Of a stretch of DNA of 64,000 nt, positions 63,964 to 64,000 are shown one piece after another; the first letter of the stretch is position 1; every line of letters begins with the position of its first letter. Source of the stretch: Protoeuglena noctilucae (taxonomy: Eukaryota); NCBI GenBank assembly GCA_958009085.1, contig OY253671.1:682001-746000 (forward strand), read 5' to 3'. Under the pieces are notes generated by a model. That model was not told the DNA's origin and searched no databases. It worked only from the letters and a program-made list of their open reading frames with translations. A program made the translations under genes and the position numbers.

Positions 63964-64000
63964 CGCGACCGCTGTTTCACTCGTCCCTCCAAGGGGGCGT

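Overview
This is nuclear genomic DNA from a GC-rich eukaryote, gene-dense and intron-rich, almost certainly a unicellular flagellate green alga. Support for that: AP2 and B3 transcription factors, CCB2, fibrillin, a CDPK, PKD2 and a dynein-derived domain. About 21 spliced genes can be rebuilt by joining ORF fragments at GT/GC-AG sites, and most other ORFs in the track are shadows or intron read-throughs. In order the genes are: TPR protein, tandem HNH-like protein, fibrillin, F-box/LRR, RPT2, ZC2HC1-like, 3xAP2 TF, NF-YC, Tim17/22, ProRS, UBC13, RHIP1-like, an unknown protein, BK/Slo K+ channel, a giant ligase-peptidase fusion, PKD2, FAM32A, RPS13, B3+chromo-like, CCB2, CDPK-like and a stand-alone dynein MTBD protein. 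The main finding is a ~10.7 kb gene (~37.2-47.9 kb) encoding four tandem Pgm1-like peptide-ligase (ATP-grasp) modules fused in frame to a bacterial-type isoaspartyl dipeptidase (IadA); only module 2 keeps the catalytic motifs. Secondary findings are a stand-alone dynein microtubule-binding domain, many GC-AG introns, a GLG selectivity filter in the BK-like channel, a Cys-rich insert in PKD2 and a duplicated, decayed HNH domain. All family assignments come from motif recognition by eye; no searches were run, and 5' ends are often uncertain.
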